DNA of 64,000 nt from positions 1,790,011 to 1,854,010 of the forward strand of contig NC_019977.1 of NCBI RefSeq assembly GCF_000328665.1. The letters run 5' to 3'. Below the pieces are notes generated by a model. The model did not search any database and had not been told where the DNA came from. It was given only the letters and a program-made list of their open reading frames with translations. The position numbers and the translations under genes are program-made. This document shows positions 51,264 through 61,851 of this stretch, piece after piece (positions within the stretch are counted from its first letter, which is position 1; each line of letters opens with the position of its first letter). This DNA comes from Methanomethylovorans hollandica DSM 15978. Lineage in GTDB: Archaea; Halobacteriota; Methanosarcinia; Methanosarcinales; Methanosarcinaceae.

Positions 51264-53093
51264 TCATTCTACTGTAACGCTTTTCGCAAGGTTCCTAGGC
51301 TTATCAATGGAGCAACCCCTCGCATAGGCTGTATAATATGCCAGCAACTGCAATACTACAGATGAAAGCACCGGAGCTAATAGTTCATGACAATCTGGGA
51401 TCCTTAGTACTGTGTCAACATATTTATCGATCTCAGTATCACTCTGATTTGCCACAGCTATAACTTCAGCACTCCTTGCCTTAACCTCTTTTATATTGCT
51501 AAGCACTTTGTCATACGTGTGTCCTTTTGTTGCAATGGCCACTACGGGTGTTTCACTACTGAGAAGGGCCAGAGGCCCATGTTTAAGTTCACCCGCCGCA
51601 TATCCTTCGGCATGTATATAAGAGATTTCCTTAAGTTTCAGGGCACCCTCCAGTGAAACTGGATAATTAAGATGCCTGCCGATGAAAAAATAGTCCTGGA
51701 CATTTGCATAGTGTTCAGCACATGCCTTTATCGCATCCTTATTATTGAGGATCTTTTGTACCTGACCTGGTAATTGTTTGATACCCACTAATATCTCCCG
51801 CGCTGTTTCAGGAGACAAACGACCCCTCACAGTGCCCATATGGATTGCCATCAGATAGAGAACTATAAGCTGAGCTGTGAAGGTTTTTGTAGCAGCGACC
51901 CCGATCTCAGGGCCTGCACGTGTGAAGAGCACACTATCGGTTTCTCTGGTAATGGTACTTCCCACTACATTGGTTATAGCAGCTGCCTTGCATCCGTAGG
52001 ACCTGGAACTCCTTATAGCTGCAAGTGTATCAGCTGTTTCTCCGGATTGGGTTATGGCAAGAGTGAATACCTGTCCACAAAGCACCGGTTCCCCATATCT
52101 GAATTCAGATGCCGTTTCAATATCAGTGTGTATACCTGCGAGGCGTTCGAACAGATATTTGCCAACACAGCCCGCATTCCATGATGTGCCACAGGCAATT
52201 ATCGTCACCCTTTGCAAACTCCTGAGTTGGTCCTCATCCATCTTCAGTTCATCCAGTATGACCTTTCCTTCAAGTTCAAATATCTTGCCTGCATATGTAT
52301 CCTGGATGGATGTGGGCTGCTCATGTATTTCCTTGAGCATGAAATGTTCATAACCTGCTTTTTCAGCAGCTTCTTCATTCCACTCAATAGTGTCAATTTG
52401 CTTTTCTATCTGCTGACCATCGTTATTATAGAACTTCACTCCTGCAGGACTGATCAGCACAAGTTCCTTATCATTGACATATACAGCGTTTCTTGTGTAC
52501 CTGAGAAACGCAGTTACATCCGATGCTGCATAATAGCCGTGATCTCCAAGACCGATGACCAAAGGACTGTCCTTACGGGCAAGCACGATGTGTTCCGGCT
52601 CATCGGTACATAGAACTGCAACAGCATAAGATCCCTCCATTTCCGTCATAATATGCCTTACAGCATCCAGTAAACTGAGTTTAGCATCCTCCTTCATTGT
52701 TCTGTGCAGCAAATGCGCTATGACCTCAGTATCTGTTTCGGATAAGAACTCATAACCTTGCGTCAGCAGTTTTTCCTTCAGGTGCATATAGTTCTCAATG
52801 ATACCGTTATGCACCACTGCGATATTTGATGAAAGATGAGGATGAGCATTCTTGGTGTCGGGCTTCCCGTGAGTGGCCCAGCGGGTATGACCGATCCCAA
52901 TGTGTCCTGTAAAATCTACGGGAATTATTTTTTCCAGCTCAGAGATCTTACCCACGGTCTTGTATGTTTCCAGATCACTATTTAGGATGGTAACCCCTGC
53001 GGAGTCATAACCTCTGTATTCAAGTTTCTTGAGAGAATCAACAATAATTTCAACAGCATTCTCCGCACCCACATAACCTACTATACCACACAT
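51264..53093 (-). CDS. glmS: glutamine-fructose-6-phosphate transaminase
   Basis: Starts MCGIVG; GHTRWATHG, QSGETAD and PRNLAKSVTVE. Confidence 0.97.
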   Translation of the reverse strand: MCGIVGYVGAENAVEIIVDSLKKLEYRGYDSAGVTILNSDLETYKTVGKISELEKIIPVDFTGHIGIGHTRWATHGKPDTKNAHPHLSSNIAVVHNGIIENYMHLKEKLLTQGYEFLSETDTEVIAHLLHRTMKEDAKLSLLDAVRHIMTEMEGSYAVAVLCTDEPEHIVLARKDSPLVIGLGDHGYYAASDVTAFLRYTRNAVYVNDKELVLISPAGVKFYNNDGQQIEKQIDTIEWNEEAAEKAGYEHFMLKEIHEQPTSIQDTYAGKIFELEGKVILDELKMDEDQLRSLQRVTIIACGTSWNAGCVGKYLFERLAGIHTDIETASEFRYGEPVLCGQVFTLAITQSGETADTLAAIRSSRSYGCKAAAITNVVGSTITRETDSVLFTRAGPEIGVAATKTFTAQLIVLYLMAIHMGTVRGRLSPETAREILVGIKQLPGQVQKILNNKDAIKACAEHYANVQDYFFIGRHLNYPVSLEGALKLKEISYIHAEGYAAGELKHGPLALLSSETPVVAIATKGHTYDKVLSNIKEVKARSAEVIAVANQSDTEIDKYVDTVLRIPDCHELLAPVLSSVVLQLLAYYTAYARGCSIDKPRNLAKSVTVE

Positions 53094-53103
53094 CACCATC
53101 ACC

Positions 53104-54318
53104 TCAGAGCACCAGGGTACCCCGGTGCAACGCCTTATCCACCACATTACCTGATCCTATGTGACAGTTGATGGATATTATGACACCTGCTTTTACAAGG
53201 ACTCTGTGGCCTACATCAGTATCATCACCGATGATCGTACCCAATTTTTCAGCCCGTTGTAATTCTCCGTTCATTATTATACTCAGATTTGTATCTGTCT
53301 CTGTAATGAAATACGGACCTATATGACAATTACTGCCAATGACAGAATCGGAGACATAACCGTGAGAACCCATACGTACATCATTCATTATAATACTGTT
53401 CCGTATATTCGTGAAAGCACCCACTGATACATTATTGCCGATGGAGGTAGAGGGCAATATAACAGCATTCGGTCCGATATCACAATTCTCTCCTATCAGA
53501 ACAGGTCCTACTATATAACATCCTGACCTGACAATAGTATTCTTACCGATAGATACATTTCCTTTAATGTGGGCCCCATCTTCCATTGCACCGGATGGGA
53601 CATTTTTTTCTATCTTTCCAAGGGTAACAGAATTAAGCCTCAGAAGATCCCATGCATACACTGCATCCAGCCACCACGATCTTGTCGTAGCCATGGATAC
53701 TTCTGTTCCACTCTCAATCATCTTCTGGAGGGTATCGGTTATGGCATATTCACCTTTCAGAGAAAGAGGGGTGTCTCCAATGTAATCAAATACCTTGGAG
53801 CTGAAATAATAGATTCCGGTGTTTACAAGGTGAATGGCCTCAGCAACCGGGTTTTCCAGAATCTCCAATACCTTGTGATCTTCTGCCCTCAAAACCCCAT
53901 ACCCGCTCACGTGTTCTGTTTTAACGGCAAGTATGGTTGCATCTCCGCGTTTTGATCTTATCAGATCACTGATAACCTTCGGTTCTATGAAGTTATCACC
54001 ATTCAGAGCAAGGAATTCATGTTCACCGGCAAGTTCGTTTTTTGCCTGTTCTATAGCATGTGCTGTACCAAGTTGTGTCTTTTGCTCAACATATCGGATG
54101 TTGACCCCGAAATCCACACCATCTCTGAAATAGTCCATTATGCGCTCTTTCTCATAACCAACTATCAACAGGATGTCCTTAATGTCGTTTTGTTCAAGGG
54201 AGCTGATAACATGTTCAAGAATTGGCCTGTCAGCAACAGGCAACATTACTTTTGAACGAGTAAGAGTAAGGGGGCGGCATCGAAGGCCTTCTCCCGCTGC
54301 AAGAATGACCGCTTTCAT
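53104..54318 (-). CDS. second GlmU-like sugar-phosphate nucleotidyltransferase
   Basis: LAAGEGLRCRPLT; hexapeptide repeats. Confidence 0.88.
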   Translation of the reverse strand: MKAVILAAGEGLRCRPLTLTRSKVMLPVADRPILEHVISSLEQNDIKDILLIVGYEKERIMDYFRDGVDFGVNIRYVEQKTQLGTAHAIEQAKNELAGEHEFLALNGDNFIEPKVISDLIRSKRGDATILAVKTEHVSGYGVLRAEDHKVLEILENPVAEAIHLVNTGIYYFSSKVFDYIGDTPLSLKGEYAITDTLQKMIESGTEVSMATTRSWWLDAVYAWDLLRLNSVTLGKIEKNVPSGAMEDGAHIKGNVSIGKNTIVRSGCYIVGPVLIGENCDIGPNAVILPSTSIGNNVSVGAFTNIRNSIIMNDVRMGSHGYVSDSVIGSNCHIGPYFITETDTNLSIIMNGELQRAEKLGTIIGDDTDVGHRVLVKAGVIISINCHIGSGNVVDKALHRGTLVL

Positions 54319-54542
54319 GCACTATAGTGGGCACTATAACAATTTATATTTTACCTTCGACATTATATTAAAAATAAGATATTTTTTAAAATTAATTAAT
54401 TCTTTTGGACCTTTGACGACCTGAAATATAGCGGAATGAGAATGACATCAAAAATTTATTTTCTAAAGGATAGAAATGAAATAAAGACGGAAAATAAAAA
54501 AAATTACCGACAGGCTCCAGCCTATCGGAATGAGTTTGGTAT

Positions 54543-55001
54543 TTATCTTGTGATAAGCATTTCTGCCGTTTCAGGCTTGTATTTCCAGTCATTTGGAAGT
54601 ACCTTAGTGGACTGGTAGTACTTAACAAGTCTACGAATCTTGGATTCGACATTATGCAGGGAACGGGTGTTATGATTGTCCGAATGATTGTGGACCACAT
54701 GTTTCCTCAGACCTATTGCTTTTACAACTAGATTGTACAGGTCTTCCGGAACTGGTGGTTCCTGATCATTTTCCCTGAGAATGGCAGTGATCTTTTTCCC
54801 AGTAGCAAGCTTGACATCTGGCATTCCATATTTGTCCCTAAGGACCATGCCAATGAGGCTTGTGCTCATACCCTGCTTCCACATTTCCAGCACAACTTTT
54901 GTAATCTCGTCTGTGCTCATAGTACACCATGCAGGTGCTTCAGAGCGCATTGGCCTTTTAGAACCGGATTGACCTTTTCTCCGGGTATGCATTTTTGCCA
55001 T
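54543..55001 (-). CDS. rps15: 30S ribosomal protein S15 (uS15)
   Basis: [10 protein letters not shown]...[19 protein letters not shown]. Confidence 0.96.
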   Translation of the reverse strand: MAKMHTRRKGQSGSKRPMRSEAPAWCTMSTDEITKVVLEMWKQGMSTSLIGMVLRDKYGMPDVKLATGKKITAILRENDQEPPVPEDLYNLVVKAIGLRKHVVHNHSDNHNTRSLHNVESKIRRLVKYYQSTKVLPNDWKYKPETAEMLITR

Positions 55002-55164
55002 TGAATTCCTCCTAATAATTGCAAATGAGTATTTGATGTAAATTATGTAAATTTTGTTGATCTCAATAAAGGCTATTTGAACGTTATGGAGATATAGCCT
55101 ATAATTGTCCTTGGCGAGGCGAGGTAAATGAAGCAGCATAGCATATAAGATTTGTGATAGGGAT

Positions 55165-56379
55165 TTACCATATCACAAGGGTAACCTCAGCTGCCGGAGG
55201 TTGTACATGCATATAAATAGAATATAATTGCTTATCCCTAAGCTCAAGCAAAGTAATAAGATCGTCCGTTTGCATCATTACCTGTATAGTATCATTGATC
55301 TCCTCGGACATAGCGTCTGAAATATAAGAATATACATCATTTGTATGTTTTTCCTGAATCCGGCTTGCAGCCAAGTTCACATTTGCTTCCGTAAGCATTG
55401 TGATATTTGTTGAATTCAAACACATATTTCCGGTTAAATTTGCAGCGTTAATCAATATATCAGTAGCTATAGCCTTTCCAATAACTGTCCCACCAGAAGG
55501 CATTCCCATCAAAGAAGCACCCATTGATACAAAATTTATATGTCCTGTGCTTATTTTTTGCAGAGAATCTTCAGGAAAGTACATCTCTACAATCGAAGCA
55601 GAAGCATTTGACGCTGCGAAGTATATGCACTCCTCGAACATGGAACGCAACTCATACTCTTTATTAGAAGAATTGACTGCAAGTTCAAATTTAAGATCAT
55701 CTGCAGGAGATGATATATCTGCTAAGCTCACGGAATGACCATATGGCACAGATATTAGCGCACTCTGCCTGAAGGACCTTCCAGGAGGAACAGCACCCAC
55801 GGAAATCTGACCCGAAGGCCCGCACCCAGGAACCGGCTGCCAGTTAGCTTCCAGCTTGTAATTGTATCTGCCACCTATTCTTCTGTTCAGATGTTCTTCA
55901 AGTGCGTTTTCTATAGCTTGCGAGTATCCGGCACTGAACGAGTGTAGATAATAGTACTTCCCATTTGCCTCAGTACGCAGTGAGAACAACATACCTTCTG
56001 CGATCAGGTCGGCAAAGGTCCTAGAGGTATGTTCCTTTGCAAAGATATTATTGTACTTATAAAGATGCATTGTACTTTCAGCAGGTATGATAATAGTAGC
56101 CGTAAATGCAGATGGCATTATTGTGTACTCAAAACCTTCTACCCTGCTATCCAGAAGAGATTGCAGCAACTGTCCATCATATCTGTATGCTGCAACATCC
56201 TGTAAAGCCTCATTATGCCCCGAAGAAAGCATAACAGGCATCAGCACTACTGCTGAAAGGGATATCATCAAAAGGAAGACCATTACATCAATGGTTGATG
56301 AAATTGCACTTCTATCGGAAATCATTTGCCTGTGCACCGGGTTTTTACACTGCATTGATTTAGACTTCATATTAAACAT
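55165..56379 (-). CDS. hypothetical exported protein with a class III-like (pilin-type) signal
   Basis: [19 protein letters not shown] hydrophobic N-terminus. Confidence 0.65.
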   Translation of the reverse strand: MFNMKSKSMQCKNPVHRQMISDRSAISSTIDVMVFLLMISLSAVVLMPVMLSSGHNEALQDVAAYRYDGQLLQSLLDSRVEGFEYTIMPSAFTATIIIPAESTMHLYKYNNIFAKEHTSRTFADLIAEGMLFSLRTEANGKYYYLHSFSAGYSQAIENALEEHLNRRIGGRYNYKLEANWQPVPGCGPSGQISVGAVPPGRSFRQSALISVPYGHSVSLADISSPADDLKFELAVNSSNKEYELRSMFEECIYFAASNASASIVEMYFPEDSLQKISTGHINFVSMGASLMGMPSGGTVIGKAIATDILINAANLTGNMCLNSTNITMLTEANVNLAASRIQEKHTNDVYSYISDAMSEEINDTIQVMMQTDDLITLLELRDKQLYSIYMHVQPPAAEVTLVIW

Positions 56380-56872
56380 CCCACCGCTCTTTGAACAGTT
56401 TCACCGTCAGTGTACCAGGAACCTGCTGCATTGGGTTAAGTTCCAGTGTGACGGGCACGGAAGCAGCTATCTGCCGCATGGAGGAAGAAGCTGATAAAGT
56501 CCTGCGGATATGCCAGACGTATTCACCGTCCTCAGTTGAAATATCTGCCTGGAAATGAACATTTGGAGAAAAACTATCAAAGAACAGTCTCAAAGTCTGC
56601 GGGTCAGATCGCGGACCACTCAGCTCATCCAGTTTCTCAGCAGACATGAGGTCCTGTCTGCTGCCCTGAAGCATCTGGGAGCGAGCAATGCTCTGTGCGA
56701 TCAGAGAGGCCTGCCCATAGTTCTCCAGTGCGAAAGCACTGTCCTGTTGTGCAATGTATGTTTTCGATACCACACAAGCAAAAATCACAAAACCCAGTAC
56801 CAATAACGCCGTAGCGAAAATATCGTTCTGTGGTTCAAGTATAGCCCTGTCGTCATTGATAAACCAGTACAT
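56372..56872 (-). CDS. pilin-like hypothetical protein
   Basis: DDRA|ILEP followed by a TM helix. Confidence 0.65.
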   Translation of the reverse strand: MYWFINDDRAILEPQNDIFATALLVLGFVIFACVVSKTYIAQQDSAFALENYGQASLIAQSIARSQMLQGSRQDLMSAEKLDELSGPRSDPQTLRLFFDSFSPNVHFQADISTEDGEYVWHIRRTLSASSSMRQIAASVPVTLELNPMQQVPGTLTVKLFKERWDV

Positions 56873-57452
56873 ATCCTATCTTTTCCACATTTATATTGTT
56901 ATTAAAATATATAAATGTTTTTTGGATGTAGAACTGCTCACTGGCATTAAAAGTGACCTCATCGGCCCCCCTTGATGTTAAATATCTGACTATATCCATA
57001 TGTTCTGAACTAATGGGTTCCATTATACTACCATTAGCACCATATTCTGATCTAAGATCATTGTACAGGATGGAAGGCGAATAAGGATATACTCTGAAAG
57101 CAGGGGTTCTTGCTGATATCATTGATCGGCCATCAATAATAGTATCAATGACCACATATTCACCGGATATTGAAATTTCAAATTGTTGTTCCTGAAGATG
57201 GGAAAAATGCCCTGCATTGAACGTATAGGTGATATTCGTCTCATAGGGACTGCTTCCAACCTTATCTATATAGGATAAGAATTCTGAAGAATGCATATCC
57301 AGCTCCTTCTGACGATCCATTTGTTCCATGCTTACTGCAAAATGATATACAGCAGCAATAACCACCACACTTGCAAGTATAAGTGCTGTTTTTGAAAGAA
57401 CGAAATCCATCCATGCCCTATTATCATGGATAAAAACTGACAAAGCCTTCAT
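56853..57452 (-). CDS. pilin-like hypothetical protein
   Basis: DNRA|WMDF followed by a TM helix. Confidence 0.65.
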   Translation of the reverse strand: MKALSVFIHDNRAWMDFVLSKTALILASVVVIAAVYHFAVSMEQMDRQKELDMHSSEFLSYIDKVGSSPYETNITYTFNAGHFSHLQEQQFEISISGEYVVIDTIIDGRSMISARTPAFRVYPYSPSILYNDLRSEYGANGSIMEPISSEHMDIVRYLTSRGADEVTFNASEQFYIQKTFIYFNNNINVEKIGYVLVYQ

Positions 57453-57480
57453 TTTGATCCTTGACTAAAATTTTTGCCAC

Positions 57481-57969
57481 CTATTCAGATATCCTCACAA
57501 AAAGCATCCCATCTGCAGGATTTACAATGGTTTCCATGAACAAAAAATGTTCACCCGGGGGAAGAACGATCACACCATCCATTAGATCATTGCTGTAAGC
57601 TGCCTTGGACTCCCTTACTATGAATTTCCCATCATGTTCCAGAAAATAGTTCTTTGCATCAAGAGGCCATGATGACTCACATCCGGGCATGGACCCCATG
57701 ACCACCCGATATCCTGCCGGTACATTCACTTCCATTGTAACATTGCTACCCGGACCACCAAGGTACAAAATTGACGCAGTGGCATCCAGCTCGGATATCT
57801 CTGATCCCAGATCGCTTATTCTCATATGGGCCAGGAAACCTGAAGTTGCTGTAGCTAACAGTGCCATGACTACCATCATTATAATGGATGCTACCACAAA
57901 CCGCATGGGTAAGGAGACAGCAGCAGTTCTATCCGCTGCCAGAACATGCAAAGTCCTTGAGTGCCTCAA
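57481..57969 (-). CDS. pilin-like hypothetical protein
   Basis: [16 protein letters not shown] helix; GPGS motif; overlaps the hisS stop. Confidence 0.6.
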   Translation of the reverse strand: MRHSRTLHVLAADRTAAVSLPMRFVVASIIMMVVMALLATATSGFLAHMRISDLGSEISELDATASILYLGGPGSNVTMEVNVPAGYRVVMGSMPGCESSWPLDAKNYFLEHDGKFIVRESKAAYSNDLMDGVIVLPPGEHFLFMETIVNPADGMLFVRISE

Positions 57970-59207
57970 TTGCTTTCACCGGTCAGCTTTAAAATGATCT
58001 CATCCAGAGTAAGGGATTCCTGAACCCCGCTTTCCATATCTTTCAAAGTCAAAACACCCTGGGACACTTCCCTGTCACCTAATATGAGTGCATAGCGGGC
58101 ACCTATATTGTTAGCATACGATAGCTGAGCCTTGAAATTCCTGTTCATGATATCCATATACACAGGCACATACTCCCTTAGCTTACATGCCACTGGGATA
58201 GCATTGATGCGTGTGCTTTGCGTGGTGATCATGACGACGGTCTTTTGCGATACAAGTTCAATGTTATATATTTCCATGATCCTGTCAAAACCCAGACCAA
58301 AACCGGTAGATGGAACATCGCCCCCTCCGAAAAGCTGGATCAGTTTATATGAACCGCCACCGCATACCTGCTTTTGTGCACCCAGGCCCTCGGCATATAT
58401 CTCAAAGACCATACCTGTATAGTAATCAAGACCTCTGGAAATGCCGAAATCAATAGTGTAATCGATATCATACGCATCTAAAAGAGTAAGTATCTGCTGG
58501 AAAGTATCTATTTCAGGAATTGGACCGAGCAGGTTGCTGGCCTTGGAAATAGCTTCACTGCCGGTAAGGGAAATGAGTCCAAAGAGTTTCATGCGCAGGT
58601 CTGTCGGCGCATTGATCTCCTCCAGATAATAGTCCAGCCCCATATCATCTTTCTTGTCTACCAGACGCATTATCTTACCTTGCTTCTCAACTTCCAGAGA
58701 ACTCAGTACATGACGTATGATCCCCAGATAGCCTACATGCAGATCACCCTTAATGCCAGCAACCTCAAGCATAGCAGTTGCCAGGGATATCACCTCTGCA
58801 TCCGCATCAGGGCCTTCGGAACCGATAAGTTCCACACCGAACTGCCAGAACTCTCTGAACCTGCCTTTCTGCGGCCTCTCATATCTGAAACAATTTTCAA
58901 AATAGAACAGTTTCAAGGGACGCGGTAAGGCCTGCATCTCATTTACGAACATTCTCATCACAGGTGCCGTGAGTTCAGGGCGCAAGGTCATCTCACGATC
59001 CCCTTTATCCTTGAAATTGTAAAGTTCGCCTACCACACCTTCACCTGACTTCAGTGTAAAAAGCTCCAGGTGCTCAAAAGTGGGTGTAACTACCTCTTGG
59101 TAACCCCATCTGCCAACTACCTCCCTTAGCCGGTTTTCCAGATATCTTCTGCGGACCATTTCTTGCGGAAGGAAATCTCTTGTTCCTCTTGGTTTTTGTA
59201 TCGTCAT
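57966..59207 (-). CDS. hisS: histidyl-tRNA synthetase
   Basis: [27 protein letters not shown] and RGLDYYTG. Confidence 0.97.
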   Translation of the reverse strand: MTIQKPRGTRDFLPQEMVRRRYLENRLREVVGRWGYQEVVTPTFEHLELFTLKSGEGVVGELYNFKDKGDREMTLRPELTAPVMRMFVNEMQALPRPLKLFYFENCFRYERPQKGRFREFWQFGVELIGSEGPDADAEVISLATAMLEVAGIKGDLHVGYLGIIRHVLSSLEVEKQGKIMRLVDKKDDMGLDYYLEEINAPTDLRMKLFGLISLTGSEAISKASNLLGPIPEIDTFQQILTLLDAYDIDYTIDFGISRGLDYYTGMVFEIYAEGLGAQKQVCGGGSYKLIQLFGGGDVPSTGFGLGFDRIMEIYNIELVSQKTVVMITTQSTRINAIPVACKLREYVPVYMDIMNRNFKAQLSYANNIGARYALILGDREVSQGVLTLKDMESGVQESLTLDEIILKLTGESN

Positions 59208-59355
59208 CGGATCAACCTGATGTTTTTACTGTTTCGATTAGTTATATATTTAAGGACATATTTGAGAACACTGGGAGTAAAACCAAAAATGATATATATA
59301 TAATCATCGATATGCACATTATTGTACACACTAATACATTTTTCTGAGGATCACT

Positions 59356-60660
59356 ATGGAACATACGAAGATACTACTTGACGAAAACGAGATGCCGACT
59401 CATTGGTATAATATACTTGCAGATTTTCCTGAACCCCTTGCACCCCCGCTTAACCCTGCAACCAGGGAACCCATCAAACCATCGGAACTTGAACCGATAT
59501 TCGCAAAAGAGTTGATCAAACAGGAAATGAGCCCTGAAAGGTATATCGACATCCCGCAGGAAATACTTGAAATATACAAGCTCTGGAGACCATCACCCCT
59601 GCACAGGGCACACAGACTTGAAAAGGTGCTTGGTACACCTGCTAAGATATACTATAAGGATGAAAGTGTAAGCCCTGCGGGCAGCCACAAACCCAATACA
59701 GCCATTGCCCAGGCATACTACAATATGAAAGAAGGTACCGAAAAGATCACTACTGAGACCGGTGCCGGCCAGTGGGGTAGTGCATTATCCCTTTCGTGCA
59801 ACTATTTTGACATTGAGTGTAAAGTTTTTATGGTACGTTCCAGCTTCTATCAGAAACCATATAGGAAATCCCTGATAAACCTCTGGGGTGCTAGCGTTAT
59901 CCCTTCGCCAAGCCCTGAAACACAGTTCGGAAGAATGATCCTTGAAAAATATCCAGATACCAACGGAAGTCTGGGTATAGCCATAAGTGAAGCCATAGAA
60001 GTTGCAGCACTTAACGACAACACCAAATATGCCCTGGGAAGTGTCCTTAACCACACATGCCTTCACCAGACGATAGTAGGTCTTGAAACACAGAAGCAAT
60101 TCGAAAAGACGGAAGACTATCCAGACATCGTCATAGGGTGCTGCGGTGGAGGAAGTAACCTGGCAGGAGTAAGTCTGCCTTACATCAGAGACAACATCGC
60201 CGGTAAAACAGATACAAGGATCATAGCAGTAGAACCATCGGCATGCCCCAGCCTGACAGAAGGCAGGTTCGATTATGATTTCGGTGACATGGCACAGATG
60301 ACTCCACTGCTTAAGATGTACACTCTTGGCTCTGAGTTCATACCTCCTGCCATTCACGCTGGCGGTCTCAGATATCATGGCGCTTCACCAATTGTCAGCA
60401 AACTGGTCGCTGATGGCATGATGGAAGCAAGGTCCTATCATCAGGTAGAGATATTCGATGCAGCTGTAACCTTTGCACGCAGTGAAGGAATAGCTCCTGC
60501 TCCTGAATCAGCCCATGCGATAAAATGTGCAATAGATGAAGCCCTCAAATGTAAGGAAACCGGTGAAGAGAAAACCATACTGTTCAACCTGAGCGGTCAT
60601 GGACACTTTGACATGGCATCTTACGATATGTATTTCAGTGGTAAGCTGACAAATGAATAA
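59356..60660 (+). CDS. trpB2: tryptophan synthase beta chain, type 2
   Basis: [22 protein letters not shown] and HAGGLRYHG. Confidence 0.95.
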   Translation: MEHTKILLDENEMPTHWYNILADFPEPLAPPLNPATREPIKPSELEPIFAKELIKQEMSPERYIDIPQEILEIYKLWRPSPLHRAHRLEKVLGTPAKIYYKDESVSPAGSHKPNTAIAQAYYNMKEGTEKITTETGAGQWGSALSLSCNYFDIECKVFMVRSSFYQKPYRKSLINLWGASVIPSPSPETQFGRMILEKYPDTNGSLGIAISEAIEVAALNDNTKYALGSVLNHTCLHQTIVGLETQKQFEKTEDYPDIVIGCCGGGSNLAGVSLPYIRDNIAGKTDTRIIAVEPSACPSLTEGRFDYDFGDMAQMTPLLKMYTLGSEFIPPAIHAGGLRYHGASPIVSKLVADGMMEARSYHQVEIFDAAVTFARSEGIAPAPESAHAIKCAIDEALKCKETGEEKTILFNLSGHGHFDMASYDMYFSGKLTNE

Positions 60661-60741
60661 ACATATAGCAGAAAAATGACCTGCCAGAAAGGCAGGCCCT
60701 GCTTTTTTAAGATACCGTTTTTTCAGCTACCGTTTAATTGT

Positions 60742-61713
60742 CTAATTGTCCTGAGAGGCGTGAAAAGAAGGATTTGTAGGAGTTTCGCTCTTAAGCCTTG
60801 CATTTTCACCCATGTCTTTCTTGTACACAATAGTGCGATATGGGAATGGTATTTCCACACCTTCTGCATCGAATCGCTTCTTAATGGATTCCCTGATCTC
60901 ACACCCTGTAGTGTAGCACAATTTACGATCAGCACACCAGAATAGCAGACGCATGTTAACAGCATGCTCGCCTAGTTCGGTCACCAGCACCTGGATGGCT
61001 TCATTTTTCTGGATAGTTGGATCGTATTTCACAAGTTCGACATGCGTAAGTACATTGACATGCCTCCTTGCTTCCTCTGTAATGATCTTACGCGCAAGAT
61101 CGATATCAGAGTCATAACTTATACCTATATCAACAGGCCAGTTCACTGTGGGATCCTCTATGGACCAGTTGATTATAGCTTCATCCCCAATGACACTGTT
61201 AGGAATTATCACACGCCTATTGTCCCACGTCCTTAGAACAGTATGACGAAGAGTGATATCTGTGATCTTGCCGTACTCGTGCATTACATTCACTCTGTCT
61301 CCAACCCTGAATGGACGGAATACAGCAAGAGAAATACCTGCTATAATATTGCCAAGAGTGCTCTGGGCTGCAAGACCCACAACGATACCTGCAAAACCTG
61401 CTCCTGCCAGCAGAGCCAGTGAAACCTTCTCCAAGAAAGGAATACTGGATACCACAATGATTAAACCTATCAAATAGACAACAGCCACACTGATGTGTCT
61501 TAAAAGGTTATAGGATGTCTGGTCTACGTTCATCTTTTTGTTCATTGCACGCAATTCTGCATCCATGAGCTTATCTACCAGCTTTGCGGCAACGAATGTA
61601 AAGACAGCAACCGCTAAAATAAAAATTATCTCGGCGAGGTTTACAGGTATTAACCCATTAAAATCTGATAACAACATAGAAGATGCAGATGAGATATTGC
61701 CTAAAGCAGACAT
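60742..61713 (-). CDS. mscS: small-conductance mechanosensitive channel
   Basis: GLAAQSTLGNIIAG, PFRVGD, IPNS and IPFP. Confidence 0.92.
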   Translation of the reverse strand: MSALGNISSASSMLLSDFNGLIPVNLAEIIFILAVAVFTFVAAKLVDKLMDAELRAMNKKMNVDQTSYNLLRHISVAVVYLIGLIIVVSSIPFLEKVSLALLAGAGFAGIVVGLAAQSTLGNIIAGISLAVFRPFRVGDRVNVMHEYGKITDITLRHTVLRTWDNRRVIIPNSVIGDEAIINWSIEDPTVNWPVDIGISYDSDIDLARKIITEEARRHVNVLTHVELVKYDPTIQKNEAIQVLVTELGEHAVNMRLLFWCADRKLCYTTGCEIRESIKKRFDAEGVEIPFPYRTIVYKKDMGENARLKSETPTNPSFHASQDN

Positions 61714-61851
61714 GTGTATCTGGTTTCCCGTTAAATGTGAACGTTTCTTATATACTGATAACTGATCAATATAAGCTGATCCCTTGATTGACTAAAAAGC
61801 TTAAAAAAGCAACTTTTATTAGACATCAGACCATCTTTCAAGTGGTTCCTC

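Noticed and set aside
53094..53147. N-terminal extension of glmS in the ORF track (likewise rps15 to 55139)
   Set aside because: GlmS needs Cys at its N-terminus (MCGIVG), and rps15 has a GGAGG RBS before ATG 55001
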